Shown here: positions 20,280 to 29,814 of the stretch, piece after piece | Numbering within the stretch: the stretch's first letter is position 1 | How the letters are laid out: each line of letters begins with the position of its first letter | From: Salinivirgaceae bacterium | Lineage (GTDB): Bacteria > Bacteroidota > Bacteroidia > Bacteroidales > SZUA-534 | NCBI GenBank assembly: GCA_024405635.1 | Contig: JAKSOL010000009.1 | Location: 46,491-110,490, forward strand | Direction: 5' to 3' | DNA length: 64,000 nt | The notes under the pieces: model-generated | What the model saw: the letters and a program-made list of their open reading frames with translations, nothing else | Databases searched by the model: none | What the model was told of the DNA's origin: nothing | Program-made: the position numbers and the translations under genes

Positions 20280-23200
20280 ATGAAAAAATTATTGCTGATA
20301 GCGGCCACTCTACTTGCAATTGCTTGTCATGGCCAGACATATAAATTATTTACTGCCAATAACGAACTGACAAACAGCATAGTAAATTGCATACTGCAAG
20401 ACAGTTTTGGCAAGATATGGATAGCAACCGAAAGCGGACTAAACTGCTACGATGGAAATAAATTTATCCATTTTACCCACTCAGAAGATAGTAATTCGCT
20501 ATGCAACAACAATGTTCAAGTGGTTTACGAGGATCAATACGGGCGTTTGCTTATTGGCACACAACGCGGTTTGCAAATTCTTGACCGCAAAACAAACAAG
20601 TTCACAAATGTTGGAACCCGACAGGTTTACAACAACTCAAACAACACAAATCCAAGCATACACGTAACTAGCATCATTGAACGCAAAAACGGCGAGATTT
20701 TAGTTGCCACTTCGGGCTATGGTTTGTTTGTACTAACCAACGACAACGGTACACCTATAAACCGCAGTTACGCTCCGCAACAAACCCCAACAATGTTTTT
20801 AAGCAAACTATTTGAAGACCGCCATAAAAACATTTGGATAGCAACCGAAGGAAAAGGTCTTTTTAGATTTGGAGCAAACGGCGGACAAAAAGCATTTTTT
20901 ACCGACAACGAAAATGTTTGGCAATCAATAACCAACATTATAGAAGATAAAAATGGGAATCTTTATGTAGGAGCAAACGGATTGTATAGGCTCAACTCAA
21001 AAACCGATGAATTTGACGAAGTTACAGGCGACAAAAAAACTCCTATTAAATCCATATTCCTATCGGATAGCTTAATATACTTGGGCACTATAGGTCACGG
21101 ACTAAAGATTTTTAACATAAACACACAAAAGCTACTGCGCGATAAAATAAACGTTACCGCCTTTGACTTTTACAAATCGGAAATAAGTTGCATAACCCGC
21201 GACCGCAACGGCAGCATTTGGCTAGGCATTGATACAAAAGGCGCCATGGTTTTGCCTGAAGAAACTTCGGGATTTGGTTACATTGGATATCAGTCAAGAT
21301 CTCGTAACATTATTGGATCAAACAGCGTGATGTCGGTTCTTAAATCAACCGATGGCACGCTTTGGGTTGGAACAGCCAACGATGGGTTATACAGAATTTC
21401 TGTCAACCGAAAAGTTACACACTACGAACCTTCAGCAACTATGCCATCAACCATTTTGGCAATATTTGAAGATAGCCGGCACAGGCTTTGGCTTGGCTCG
21501 TTGCAAGATGGTGCCGTTAGGTTTGATACTAACACTGGACTCACAAAACGCATCAATCTGCGCGACAACAAGAACAATAACGTACGCCACGTGCCTCATT
21601 TTGCCGAGTACAACAACCAAATATTCATTAACGTTGTTGGCGGTGGTTTGTATTCTGTTAATATGCTAACTGACGAAATTTACTGCTATCCAACCGTTAA
21701 AAATGGCTACGAGTTTCGTCGAAACCTCAACATTTTACCAAACCGATGGATTCAAACCACTATGGTTTCAAGCAGCGGAAAACTATACATTGGTACTTTT
21801 GACGGGCTTGGCTGCCTCGACATCAATTCAAACAATTTTGTTTCAACTTATGGTGTAAATAGCTTGTTTGCTGAAAACATAGTAAACTCTCTTTACGAGG
21901 ACAAGAGCGGAATAATTTGGGTAGGCACCAACAACGGCATTATTCGTTTGAACGAAAAAAACGGTGAGTATCATCGATTTACAACTGCCGACGGGTTGCC
22001 AAACGACAAAATATGCGCCATTACGGGCGATGCCAACAACAACCTATGGATTAGTACCGCAAACGGATTATCGTGCTTTTCAATTGAAAACGAAACATTT
22101 GTAAACTACTTTGCTGGCGACGGCTTGCAAGGCAACGAATTTAGCACTGGAGCTGTAACCACATGGGGCAACCAAATTCTATTTGGCGGCACAAACGGCA
22201 TTTCGTTTTTTGAACCCAAACAAATTACCGAATACGAGAAAAAGCCTGACGTAACAATTGTTGATTTTTACATTAACAATCAGCCTGTTATGATTGGAAC
22301 CAAATCGGGCCGACACAATGTGATAAATACTTACGTTCAGCAAGCCGACACTTTTATGCTCAACTACCAAGACAATAGTTTTAGCATCGAATTTTCGGCT
22401 ATGGATTTTTGCCACCCCGACCGCATCTTGTACCAATACTCGCTAAACAATGGCGATTGGATTAAACTACGTCAAGGCGAAAGCCGCGCACAATTTACTG
22501 GCATGGCGCCTGGAGTTTACTCTTTCAAAGTCAAAGCTGTTGATTACGGAAACGAGTCCGATGTTCGCCAAATAACCGTCATCATATCGCCAGCTTGGTA
22601 CAAGTCAACTCTTGCTATTTTGCTTTACTGCTTAGCATTTATTGCAATTGTAATATTCACCATCAAAGGAATAAACCAAAGACACAAAGTGCAATTGCAA
22701 ATACAAGAGCACATTCACACCAAGCAAATTGACGAGGCTAAGTTGCAGTTCTTTATAAACATTTCGCACGAAATACGCACACCAATGTCGTTGGTTATGA
22801 GCCCATTGCAAACGCTTATGAGTTCCGACACATCGCCCGAGCATCAACGTTTGTACAAAGTTATTTACCGCAACTCGCAACGCATTTTACGACTCATAAA
22901 CCAACTTATGGACTTGCGCAAAATTGACAAGGGACAAATGGCCTTAATTTTTCGCGAAACGGAAATGGTTGGCTTTTTGCAAGACCTTTGCGACATTTTT
23001 GAACAACAAGCCGAAGACAAAAACATTGACTTTAGCTTTCAACACAGCATGCCCGAACTCAATACTTGGGTCGATAGCGGAAACTTTGACAAAATTGTGC
23101 TGAACCTTATTAGCAACGCGCTAAAATACACGCCCGACAATGGCAAAATAACTATTACCCTTAGACAAGGCGAAGACAAAACGGTAAATACACCGTTGAA

Positions 23201-24356
23201 AAATTACTTTGAAATTGAAGTGGCCGACAATGGCATCGGCATAAAAGAAGAAGAACGCGAACACATTTTTGAACGCTTTTACCAGATTAACAACGGCAAC
23301 AATAGCCACATTGGCACTGGCGTTGGTTTACATCTTACACGCTCGCTTGTTGAACTTCACTATGGTACCATATCGGTAGCAGCTGGCGAAAACGGCTGCG
23401 GCAGCATTTTTACTGTGCGCTTGCCACTTGGCAATGCTCACCTACCACAATCGGCCATCGATGCCAACGAGTATGAAAACTCATGGGCTCAAACCGAACA
23501 ACCTAAATTAGAACTATCAGCCAACGACAATGATGATACTCAAGAAAACAACTCAACCCGCAAACCTCGTGTGCTGATTGCTGAAGATGACGAAGAAATT
23601 CGCAAATACATTAGCCACGAATTCGCAAAATTCTACAATGTAATTGAGTGCGAAAACGGTAAAGACGCATTGTCTAGCATTCTTCTCAAAACCCCCGATT
23701 TGGTAATAAGCGACATAATGATGCCTGAAATGGACGGAATTAGCCTATGTCAAAAAATAAAACAAAACATTAACGTTAACCACACTCCTGTTGTTTTGCT
23801 TACCGCCAAAGTTCGCGACGAAGACCGCATGGAAGCAATGGACGCCGACGCCGATGCTTATATAACCAAGCCTTTTAATATTGAAATACTGAAAAAGACA
23901 GTTGACAACCTAATTAGAAACCGCAGGCAGCTGCGCAACGTGTACAGTGGACAACAAACTCAATCCGACAATCAGCAAAATGCTGGAGTTCAAACACCTG
24001 ACGAAAAATTGCTTGAACGAGTTTTGAAAGTGATTAACGAAAATTTGAGCAACCCACGACTCAACATTGAAATGATATCGCAACAAGTTGGAATAAGCCG
24101 AGTTCACCTATACCGAAAAATGAAAGAACTCACCAACCAGTCAACTAGCGACTACATTCGCAATGCTCGCCTTAAAATGGCAGCACAGATGCTTCGACAA
24201 AAGAACTACCCTATTGCCGAAATTGCCGCACTTACTGGATTTAACAACCCAAACAACTTTTCAACCATTTTCAAAGAAATGTACGGAGTTCCACCATCAG
24301 TTTACGCCAATTCAACCGATACCGACAACTCCAACACAGACGACAAAACAATCTGA
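20280..24356 (+). CDS. Hybrid two-component system (beta-propeller sensor, Y_Y_Y, histidine kinase, receiver, AraC HTH)
   Basis: Repeated D..G.IWI(A/G)T propeller blades; NISHEIRTP; NLISNALKYT; GTGVGL; DIMMPEMDG; C-terminal AraC-type HTH. Confidence 0.95.
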   Translation: MKKLLLIAATLLAIACHGQTYKLFTANNELTNSIVNCILQDSFGKIWIATESGLNCYDGNKFIHFTHSEDSNSLCNNNVQVVYEDQYGRLLIGTQRGLQILDRKTNKFTNVGTRQVYNNSNNTNPSIHVTSIIERKNGEILVATSGYGLFVLTNDNGTPINRSYAPQQTPTMFLSKLFEDRHKNIWIATEGKGLFRFGANGGQKAFFTDNENVWQSITNIIEDKNGNLYVGANGLYRLNSKTDEFDEVTGDKKTPIKSIFLSDSLIYLGTIGHGLKIFNINTQKLLRDKINVTAFDFYKSEISCITRDRNGSIWLGIDTKGAMVLPEETSGFGYIGYQSRSRNIIGSNSVMSVLKSTDGTLWVGTANDGLYRISVNRKVTHYEPSATMPSTILAIFEDSRHRLWLGSLQDGAVRFDTNTGLTKRINLRDNKNNNVRHVPHFAEYNNQIFINVVGGGLYSVNMLTDEIYCYPTVKNGYEFRRNLNILPNRWIQTTMVSSSGKLYIGTFDGLGCLDINSNNFVSTYGVNSLFAENIVNSLYEDKSGIIWVGTNNGIIRLNEKNGEYHRFTTADGLPNDKICAITGDANNNLWISTANGLSCFSIENETFVNYFAGDGLQGNEFSTGAVTTWGNQILFGGTNGISFFEPKQITEYEKKPDVTIVDFYINNQPVMIGTKSGRHNVINTYVQQADTFMLNYQDNSFSIEFSAMDFCHPDRILYQYSLNNGDWIKLRQGESRAQFTGMAPGVYSFKVKAVDYGNESDVRQITVIISPAWYKSTLAILLYCLAFIAIVIFTIKGINQRHKVQLQIQEHIHTKQIDEAKLQFFINISHEIRTPMSLVMSPLQTLMSSDTSPEHQRLYKVIYRNSQRILRLINQLMDLRKIDKGQMALIFRETEMVGFLQDLCDIFEQQAEDKNIDFSFQHSMPELNTWVDSGNFDKIVLNLISNALKYTPDNGKITITLRQGEDKTVNTPLKNYFEIEVADNGIGIKEEEREHIFERFYQINNGNNSHIGTGVGLHLTRSLVELHYGTISVAAGENGCGSIFTVRLPLGNAHLPQSAIDANEYENSWAQTEQPKLELSANDNDDTQENNSTRKPRVLIAEDDEEIRKYISHEFAKFYNVIECENGKDALSSILLKTPDLVISDIMMPEMDGISLCQKIKQNINVNHTPVVLLTAKVRDEDRMEAMDADADAYITKPFNIEILKKTVDNLIRNRRQLRNVYSGQQTQSDNQQNAGVQTPDEKLLERVLKVINENLSNPRLNIEMISQQVGISRVHLYRKMKELTNQSTSDYIRNARLKMAAQMLRQKNYPIAEIAALTGFNNPNNFSTIFKEMYGVPPSVYANSTDTDNSNTDDKTI

Positions 24357-24358
24357 TT

Positions 24359-26491
24359 ATGAAACAACTAATAACAATTCTTTTTGCTTGCATAACACTC
24401 AACGCATCGGCAAAAGAAGGTATGTGGCTACCTTTTTTGCTCGAAAACAACATAGCCGACATGCAAGACTTTGGTTTGCGCCTTTCGGCCGACGACATAT
24501 ACAATATAAACCAAGCTTGCATTAAAGACGCCATTGTGGGATTTGTACACAACGACTCGCCCTTTTGGCATTTCTGCTCCGGATCTGTTATTTCGGCACA
24601 AGGTTTAGTTGTAACAAACCACCACTGCGGGCTCGATGCAATACGCGCAAACAGCACTCAACACCACAACTATTTAGCCGATGGATTTTGGGCCTCAAAC
24701 TACGACGAAGAACTACCAGCCGAAGGAATAGGCATTTGTTTTTTGCGCCGGATGGAAGACGTTACCTCACGCGCACTAAAAGGTGTAACCAAACAAATGG
24801 ACAGCCAAACACGCAAAAGCATCATCAGCGAAAACATAAACCAAATAGTTGCCGAGGCTGAACGCGGCACCACCTACAAAGCAAACGTTGACGGATTTTA
24901 CGAAGACACCGAATTCTATCTTTCGGTTTACGAAATATTTACCGACGTTAGAATTGTTGCTGCTCCGCCTATGTCGATAGGCAATTTTGGCGGCGAAACC
25001 GACAACTGGATGTGGCCACGCCACACTGGCGATTTTTGCATGTTTCGCATCTATGCAAACACCCAAAACCAACCTGCCAAATACTCGCCTAACAACAAAC
25101 CATACAAACCAATCACTCACCTTAAAATAAGCACCAAAGGTGTTTCCGAAAACGATTTTGCTATGGTGATGGGATATCCAGCTGTAACAAACGAATACTT
25201 GCCAGCTTTTCAACTACAAGCAATTGAACAAAAAATTGACCCACTTGTTATTGATGCTCGCACACAACTGCTAAACATTATGCGCAGCGAAATGGAAGCC
25301 GATGAAACAGTGTTTTTGAAATACGCAAGCAAAAGGTCGCACATGTCAAATGGCTGGAAAAAGAAAATTGGCGAACGCCGCGGACTGCAAACCCTTAACA
25401 TTGTTAACCAACGCGCCCACTCCGATAGTTTACTAAACGCATGGATTTTAAGCACCGATAGTTTAAAACCATACAAAAACTTAATGGCAACATACCAAAG
25501 GCTATACAACATTAGACTTGACTACCAACTTGCACTGACTTTAATTTCAGAAAGTTTGCTTGCCGCCGAACCTATATACTTAGCCGAAAAGTTTTTAGCG
25601 CTAGACGCTTTTGACAAACAATCAGATGCAAAAAAAATTGCACGCACAATAAATAGTTTGAAAAACGATGCCGACGAAATGTTTGCCGACTACGACCAAT
25701 CGCTTGACCAACAACTTACACTAACAGCCCTACGATTCTACCTTCAGCACACAAACAGCATTTCGCAAGAACTAAAAAAGTTTGACGCAAAGCAACTTGA
25801 CAAAATGTATGCATCAAGCATTTTTACCGACAGCTACCGAATGGCTTCATTTTTAAATTCGTACACTCCAAAAATGAACAAAAAGCTAGAAAAAGACCCT
25901 TTCTACGCCATTGCTAAGGAGTGTAACTCTATGGTTCAACAACTCAAAATATATCATCAAACCGACAATGCCATCGACTCGCTACAGCAACTTTACTTGA
26001 TGCTACAAAGGCAATTCGATACTACTCGTGTCTTTTTCCCCGATGCAAACTCTACATTTCGCGTAAGTTACGGCAAAGTATTAGGCTACACACCAAACGA
26101 TGGCGTTAGTTACTCTTACGTTACCACACTCGATGGTGTTATGGAAAAAGTTGGGCAAGGTTCTCACGATTACATGGTGCCTCAAAAACTTCGCTCACTT
26201 TACAACTCGCGCAACTACGGACAATATGCCATGTCAGATGGGCGTTTGCCAGTCTGCTTCATATCAACTAACCACACTTCAGGCGGCAACTCTGGTAGCG
26301 CATCGCTAAATGCCAACGGAGAACTAATAGGTTTGAACTTTGACCGCGCATGGGACGGCATTGTTAGCGATATGCAATATAATCCAAACATTTGCCGAAA
26401 TATTACTGTTGACATTCGCTACGTTCTTTTTCTTATCGAAAAACTTGGAGAAGCAACTTGGTTGATAGACGAAATGGACTTTGCCAAATAA
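24359..26491 (+). CDS. S46 family dipeptidyl peptidase, DPP11-like
   Basis: EGMWLP, TNHHCG, DNWMWPRHTGDF, PDANSTFR, GGNSGS and FDRAW motifs. Confidence 0.9.
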   Translation: MKQLITILFACITLNASAKEGMWLPFLLENNIADMQDFGLRLSADDIYNINQACIKDAIVGFVHNDSPFWHFCSGSVISAQGLVVTNHHCGLDAIRANSTQHHNYLADGFWASNYDEELPAEGIGICFLRRMEDVTSRALKGVTKQMDSQTRKSIISENINQIVAEAERGTTYKANVDGFYEDTEFYLSVYEIFTDVRIVAAPPMSIGNFGGETDNWMWPRHTGDFCMFRIYANTQNQPAKYSPNNKPYKPITHLKISTKGVSENDFAMVMGYPAVTNEYLPAFQLQAIEQKIDPLVIDARTQLLNIMRSEMEADETVFLKYASKRSHMSNGWKKKIGERRGLQTLNIVNQRAHSDSLLNAWILSTDSLKPYKNLMATYQRLYNIRLDYQLALTLISESLLAAEPIYLAEKFLALDAFDKQSDAKKIARTINSLKNDADEMFADYDQSLDQQLTLTALRFYLQHTNSISQELKKFDAKQLDKMYASSIFTDSYRMASFLNSYTPKMNKKLEKDPFYAIAKECNSMVQQLKIYHQTDNAIDSLQQLYLMLQRQFDTTRVFFPDANSTFRVSYGKVLGYTPNDGVSYSYVTTLDGVMEKVGQGSHDYMVPQKLRSLYNSRNYGQYAMSDGRLPVCFISTNHTSGGNSGSASLNANGELIGLNFDRAWDGIVSDMQYNPNICRNITVDIRYVLFLIEKLGEATWLIDEMDFAK

Positions 26492-26505
26492 AACCGCACC
26501 TAAAC

Positions 26506-26539
26506 AAATAAGGCCCACCCAATTGGTGAGCCTTTATTT
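26506..26539. terminator. Terminator between convergent genes
   Basis: aaataaggcccacc-caatt-ggtgagcctttattt inverted repeat. Confidence 0.65.
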
Positions 26540-26555
26540 ATATTAAGCCAACTAC

Positions 26556-27209
26556 TTAGTTTCTGCGTTGTTGGTTGTTTTTCTTTTTCCTGTTTTTTTG
26601 ATTTTTGCGCTGATTATTCTGCGATGAAAAATTCATAGACTGAAGTTCACGAGTGTCGCGCAACTTAACGCCCTCTGGCAATTCAAATCTACCACGCGCC
26701 ATTTCCATCATATCGTGAAAAATCACATCATCGTCAACGGTGTCGCGATTCCACTGCAAATACGAGCGCTTCATAATATTGCCCACAGCCTCAACTCGTT
26801 CTTTAAAATGTTCTTCATTGGCTGTAAGCGCCAATTTTCCAACCAAATCCTGAATAACTCTACCATAGTGTTTAAAACGAATTTCGTCTCCATAACGGTA
26901 TGTCAAACGCTCAGGAACAGCAACCTCTTCGGCACTTGTTGGCAATGTGTATGGAGAATCAACATCGAGTTGGTAGTTTGCAATAACAGCCAAATGGTCC
27001 CACAACTTATGTCGAAAATCGCCCAAATCTCTTTGCTGCGGATGCATAGTGCTCATTAAGTGAACTGTAGCCTGCGCCATACGATTACGCTTTTCACGAT
27101 CGGGCTGAGACTTTATCATCTCCACCATTTTTTGCACGTTTCGTCCATACTCTGGTAAATTCAGTTTTGGACGAGTAGTATTGTAATCAAACTTCAAGTT
27201 GTTGTCCAT
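26556..27209 (-). CDS. DUF4290 family protein
   Basis: YNT.R.KL.LPEYGRNVQKMV, HKLWDHL and MKRSYLQWNRD motifs. Confidence 0.85.
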   Translation of the reverse strand: MDNNLKFDYNTTRPKLNLPEYGRNVQKMVEMIKSQPDREKRNRMAQATVHLMSTMHPQQRDLGDFRHKLWDHLAVIANYQLDVDSPYTLPTSAEEVAVPERLTYRYGDEIRFKHYGRVIQDLVGKLALTANEEHFKERVEAVGNIMKRSYLQWNRDTVDDDVIFHDMMEMARGRFELPEGVKLRDTRELQSMNFSSQNNQRKNQKNRKKKNNQQRRN

Positions 27210-27248
27210 ATTCCAATTATTATTGATGCAATATGCTCATTTTCAATA

Positions 27249-28181
27249 TTAAAACAAATTACGTTTTCGCAAAATGCAGAACAAAACCAAACTCAACACT
27301 ATTGAAGTTCCAATAATATACACAAATGCCAAATTATTGTTTTCCATATAGTTAGGAACATTCATTCCGTACAAACTTGCAATAAGTGTAGGGAACATAA
27401 TAATTAGAGTGATGCTGGTAAGCCTTTTCATAGTGGCATTAATGTTGTTTGAGATAACCGACGAGTAGCTCGATGACATTGAGCGAGCCACGTTTCGGTA
27501 AATAGACGTGGTTTCCTCGGCTTGTTTCAACTCAATTTCAACATCTTCAGTCAATTCTTCGTCACACACTTCGTTAATTTTTTTAGTGTGCATCATTCGA
27601 TAAAACAACACATCGTTGCCTTTTAACGATGTTTCAAAATACACAAGGCTATTGCCCAATCGTTGCAGTTGAATAATCTCGTCGTTACGAACAAAGCGCT
27701 GCAGTTCTGCCTCTAGTGCAGTAATCTGCATATTTATAAACTTCAAGTACTTAAGAAACCAAACTGACGACGAAAGCATAAGCCTCATAATAAGTTCATA
27801 ATAGTTTGCAACGGTTATTTGTTTACGCACCGAATAGGTAACAAAGTCGTGCAACATATCAATTTTAAAGTTGCAAACCGATACAAACACATCGCCACGA
27901 AAAACAAAGCCTAGCGGAACTGTTGAGTAATCGTTCAAACTATCCTCACGGCGATATGGCGCACGAATCACAATCATTTGCCAATCATCATCTTCAACTT
28001 CACGACGTGGGCGTTCGTCATTATCGTCAATATCGTTCAAAAAAGCTTCAGGAACACCTAATTTATCAATCAAGTATTTTCGCTCTTCACCCGATGGGCA
28101 CTCTAGGCACACCCAGCATTTGGGAGTCCATGTTTGGGCAAGTTCAAAACCCTTGCCGTTGTTTTGGTAAAAATTAATCAT
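27249..28181 (-). CDS. corA: CorA family magnesium transporter
   Basis: DERPRRE, NNINATMKRLT and YGMN signature; two C-terminal TM helices. Confidence 0.92.
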   Translation of the reverse strand: MINFYQNNGKGFELAQTWTPKCWVCLECPSGEERKYLIDKLGVPEAFLNDIDDNDERPRREVEDDDWQMIVIRAPYRREDSLNDYSTVPLGFVFRGDVFVSVCNFKIDMLHDFVTYSVRKQITVANYYELIMRLMLSSSVWFLKYLKFINMQITALEAELQRFVRNDEIIQLQRLGNSLVYFETSLKGNDVLFYRMMHTKKINEVCDEELTEDVEIELKQAEETTSIYRNVARSMSSSYSSVISNNINATMKRLTSITLIIMFPTLIASLYGMNVPNYMENNNLAFVYIIGTSIVLSLVLFCILRKRNLF

Positions 28182-28296
28182 AACCTTCTAATCTCCATTT
28201 CTTTATGCGGAGCCTCAGGTTATGTAAGCTCCGCTGATTAACGTTCGGGAGGATAATCGTCCATATATATATTCTGCGTTTGTGTAGAAAGTGGCA

Positions 28297-28304
28297 CAAA
28301 AGTA
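28297..28304 (-). promoter_or_regulatory. Bacteroidota -7 promoter element upstream of the corA leader
   Basis: TACTTTTG matches the TAnnTTTG consensus. Confidence 0.55.
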
Positions 28305-28343
28305 AAATACAAATTAGGAAAACGGTGCTTTACAAAGTTTTTT

Positions 28344-29705
28344 TTACGGTAAATTCATGCGTATTTTCCAATTTTGTGGATATAGGTTGTTCCATCGTGT
28401 TCCCAAGTTCTTTACCCAACCTAACGGAGTGTTTTTGTATGTTACAAGATTAATTCCCTGTTTTGCTCCTTCAACAAAAATTGCATCGCGATGTAAATAC
28501 TTTAGTGCATCGTTCAAATTAAGGTCTATTGTATTAAAATACTGGCGATTAATATTGTTTGACATTGCCAATTCGTGCTGAGGTTGCAGTTTATTACCAA
28601 ATACTTTTGCCGTTTCAATACCCGCTCCTACTACATGAAGTTTGTCGCATAGGTATTGATATTGTTTGTCTATTGATGCTGGTATTGCTCGAATTTCGTC
28701 GTTGTTCAAATAGAACTCAAAGTTGCCTATAAGCATTGGTGTTGTTTGCTTTATCAAGGCTTGTGGGGCATGTTGCAAATGCTTTTTCACTTTGCCTTTC
28801 TGCCAGTTTGCTACATCACCGTCTTTTTTTCTAAATACACACAAGAAGAATCCTTCGCCTTTGGTTTTGTAATGAATAAACCTATAACCTTGCAAGCCGT
28901 TGTATTCAATTTTGCAAATACCCCATTTCTCATTAATTGGCAATTGCACATTTTCCGCATCGTAGTTTTGTGCAATCCAATCCATATTCAGTTCATCTTC
29001 GTTTGGATTAAACGTACATGTGCTGTAAACCAAATAGCCGCCCGGTTTAATGCAATTCCATGCATCGGCTATAATACGGCGCTGACGTTGAGCACACAAT
29101 TCAGCATTTTCAACCGACCATTCGTCCATAGCCGAATAATCGCGACGAAACAAGCCTTCTCCGGAGCAAGGTGCATCAATTGCCACCACATCAAAAAAAC
29201 CTCCTAACTTTCCAAATTCCGAAGGATCGCTTTTGGTGATAATTACATTAGGCCTTCCCCATTTTGCCAAATTTTCTTGCAAAATAGGCACTCTGCTACC
29301 AATAACCTCGTTGCAAACTAGTAGCCCATTATCTCCTATCATTGATGCATAGTGTGTGCTTTTGCCTCCAGGAGCTGCGCACAAATCAAGAATTGCGGAG
29401 TTTGAAACATTATCGCCTAATAATGTCTTTATTGCATAACCAGCAAACATTGAGCAGGCTTCTTGTACATAATACATTCCTGCATGGAAAAGAGGATCGA
29501 GTGTAAAAACTGGTCTTTCTGACAAATAGAATCCATCATTTTCCCAACCAACAACATCGGCACTTGCTGCATCTGCATTTTTTGCCCGATTAATTCGCAC
29601 ACTAACAGGGGCTGGCTCTTTCAGCGATTCTAGATACAAATCGAACTCTGTACCAAGTTGTTGGCGCATGCGTTGTTCAAATGGTTTAGGCAGGTAAAAT
29701 TCCAT
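28344..29705 (-). CDS. RsmF/NOL1-NOP2-Sun family rRNA m5C methyltransferase
   Basis: YYVQEA, LDLCAAPGGKS, DAPCSGEG, YSTCTF and NNLYP motifs. Confidence 0.9.
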   Translation of the reverse strand: MEFYLPKPFEQRMRQQLGTEFDLYLESLKEPAPVSVRINRAKNADAASADVVGWENDGFYLSERPVFTLDPLFHAGMYYVQEACSMFAGYAIKTLLGDNVSNSAILDLCAAPGGKSTHYASMIGDNGLLVCNEVIGSRVPILQENLAKWGRPNVIITKSDPSEFGKLGGFFDVVAIDAPCSGEGLFRRDYSAMDEWSVENAELCAQRQRRIIADAWNCIKPGGYLVYSTCTFNPNEDELNMDWIAQNYDAENVQLPINEKWGICKIEYNGLQGYRFIHYKTKGEGFFLCVFRKKDGDVANWQKGKVKKHLQHAPQALIKQTTPMLIGNFEFYLNNDEIRAIPASIDKQYQYLCDKLHVVGAGIETAKVFGNKLQPQHELAMSNNINRQYFNTIDLNLNDALKYLHRDAIFVEGAKQGINLVTYKNTPLGWVKNLGTRWNNLYPQNWKIRMNLP

Positions 29706-29764
29706 ATTGTGTTTTTTGAATGTTAAGCGAATATACAACAGCAAAACAACAAATGCCAACAAAC

Positions 29765-29795
29765 AAAAAAGGGCGGCCTAAAGGCCGCCCTTTTT
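29765..29795 (-). terminator. Terminator after rpoC (bidirectional form)
   Basis: A6-gggcggcct-aa-aggccgccc-T5. Confidence 0.9.
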
Positions 29796-29814
29796 ATAGT
29801 ATTAAAACAAAGTT

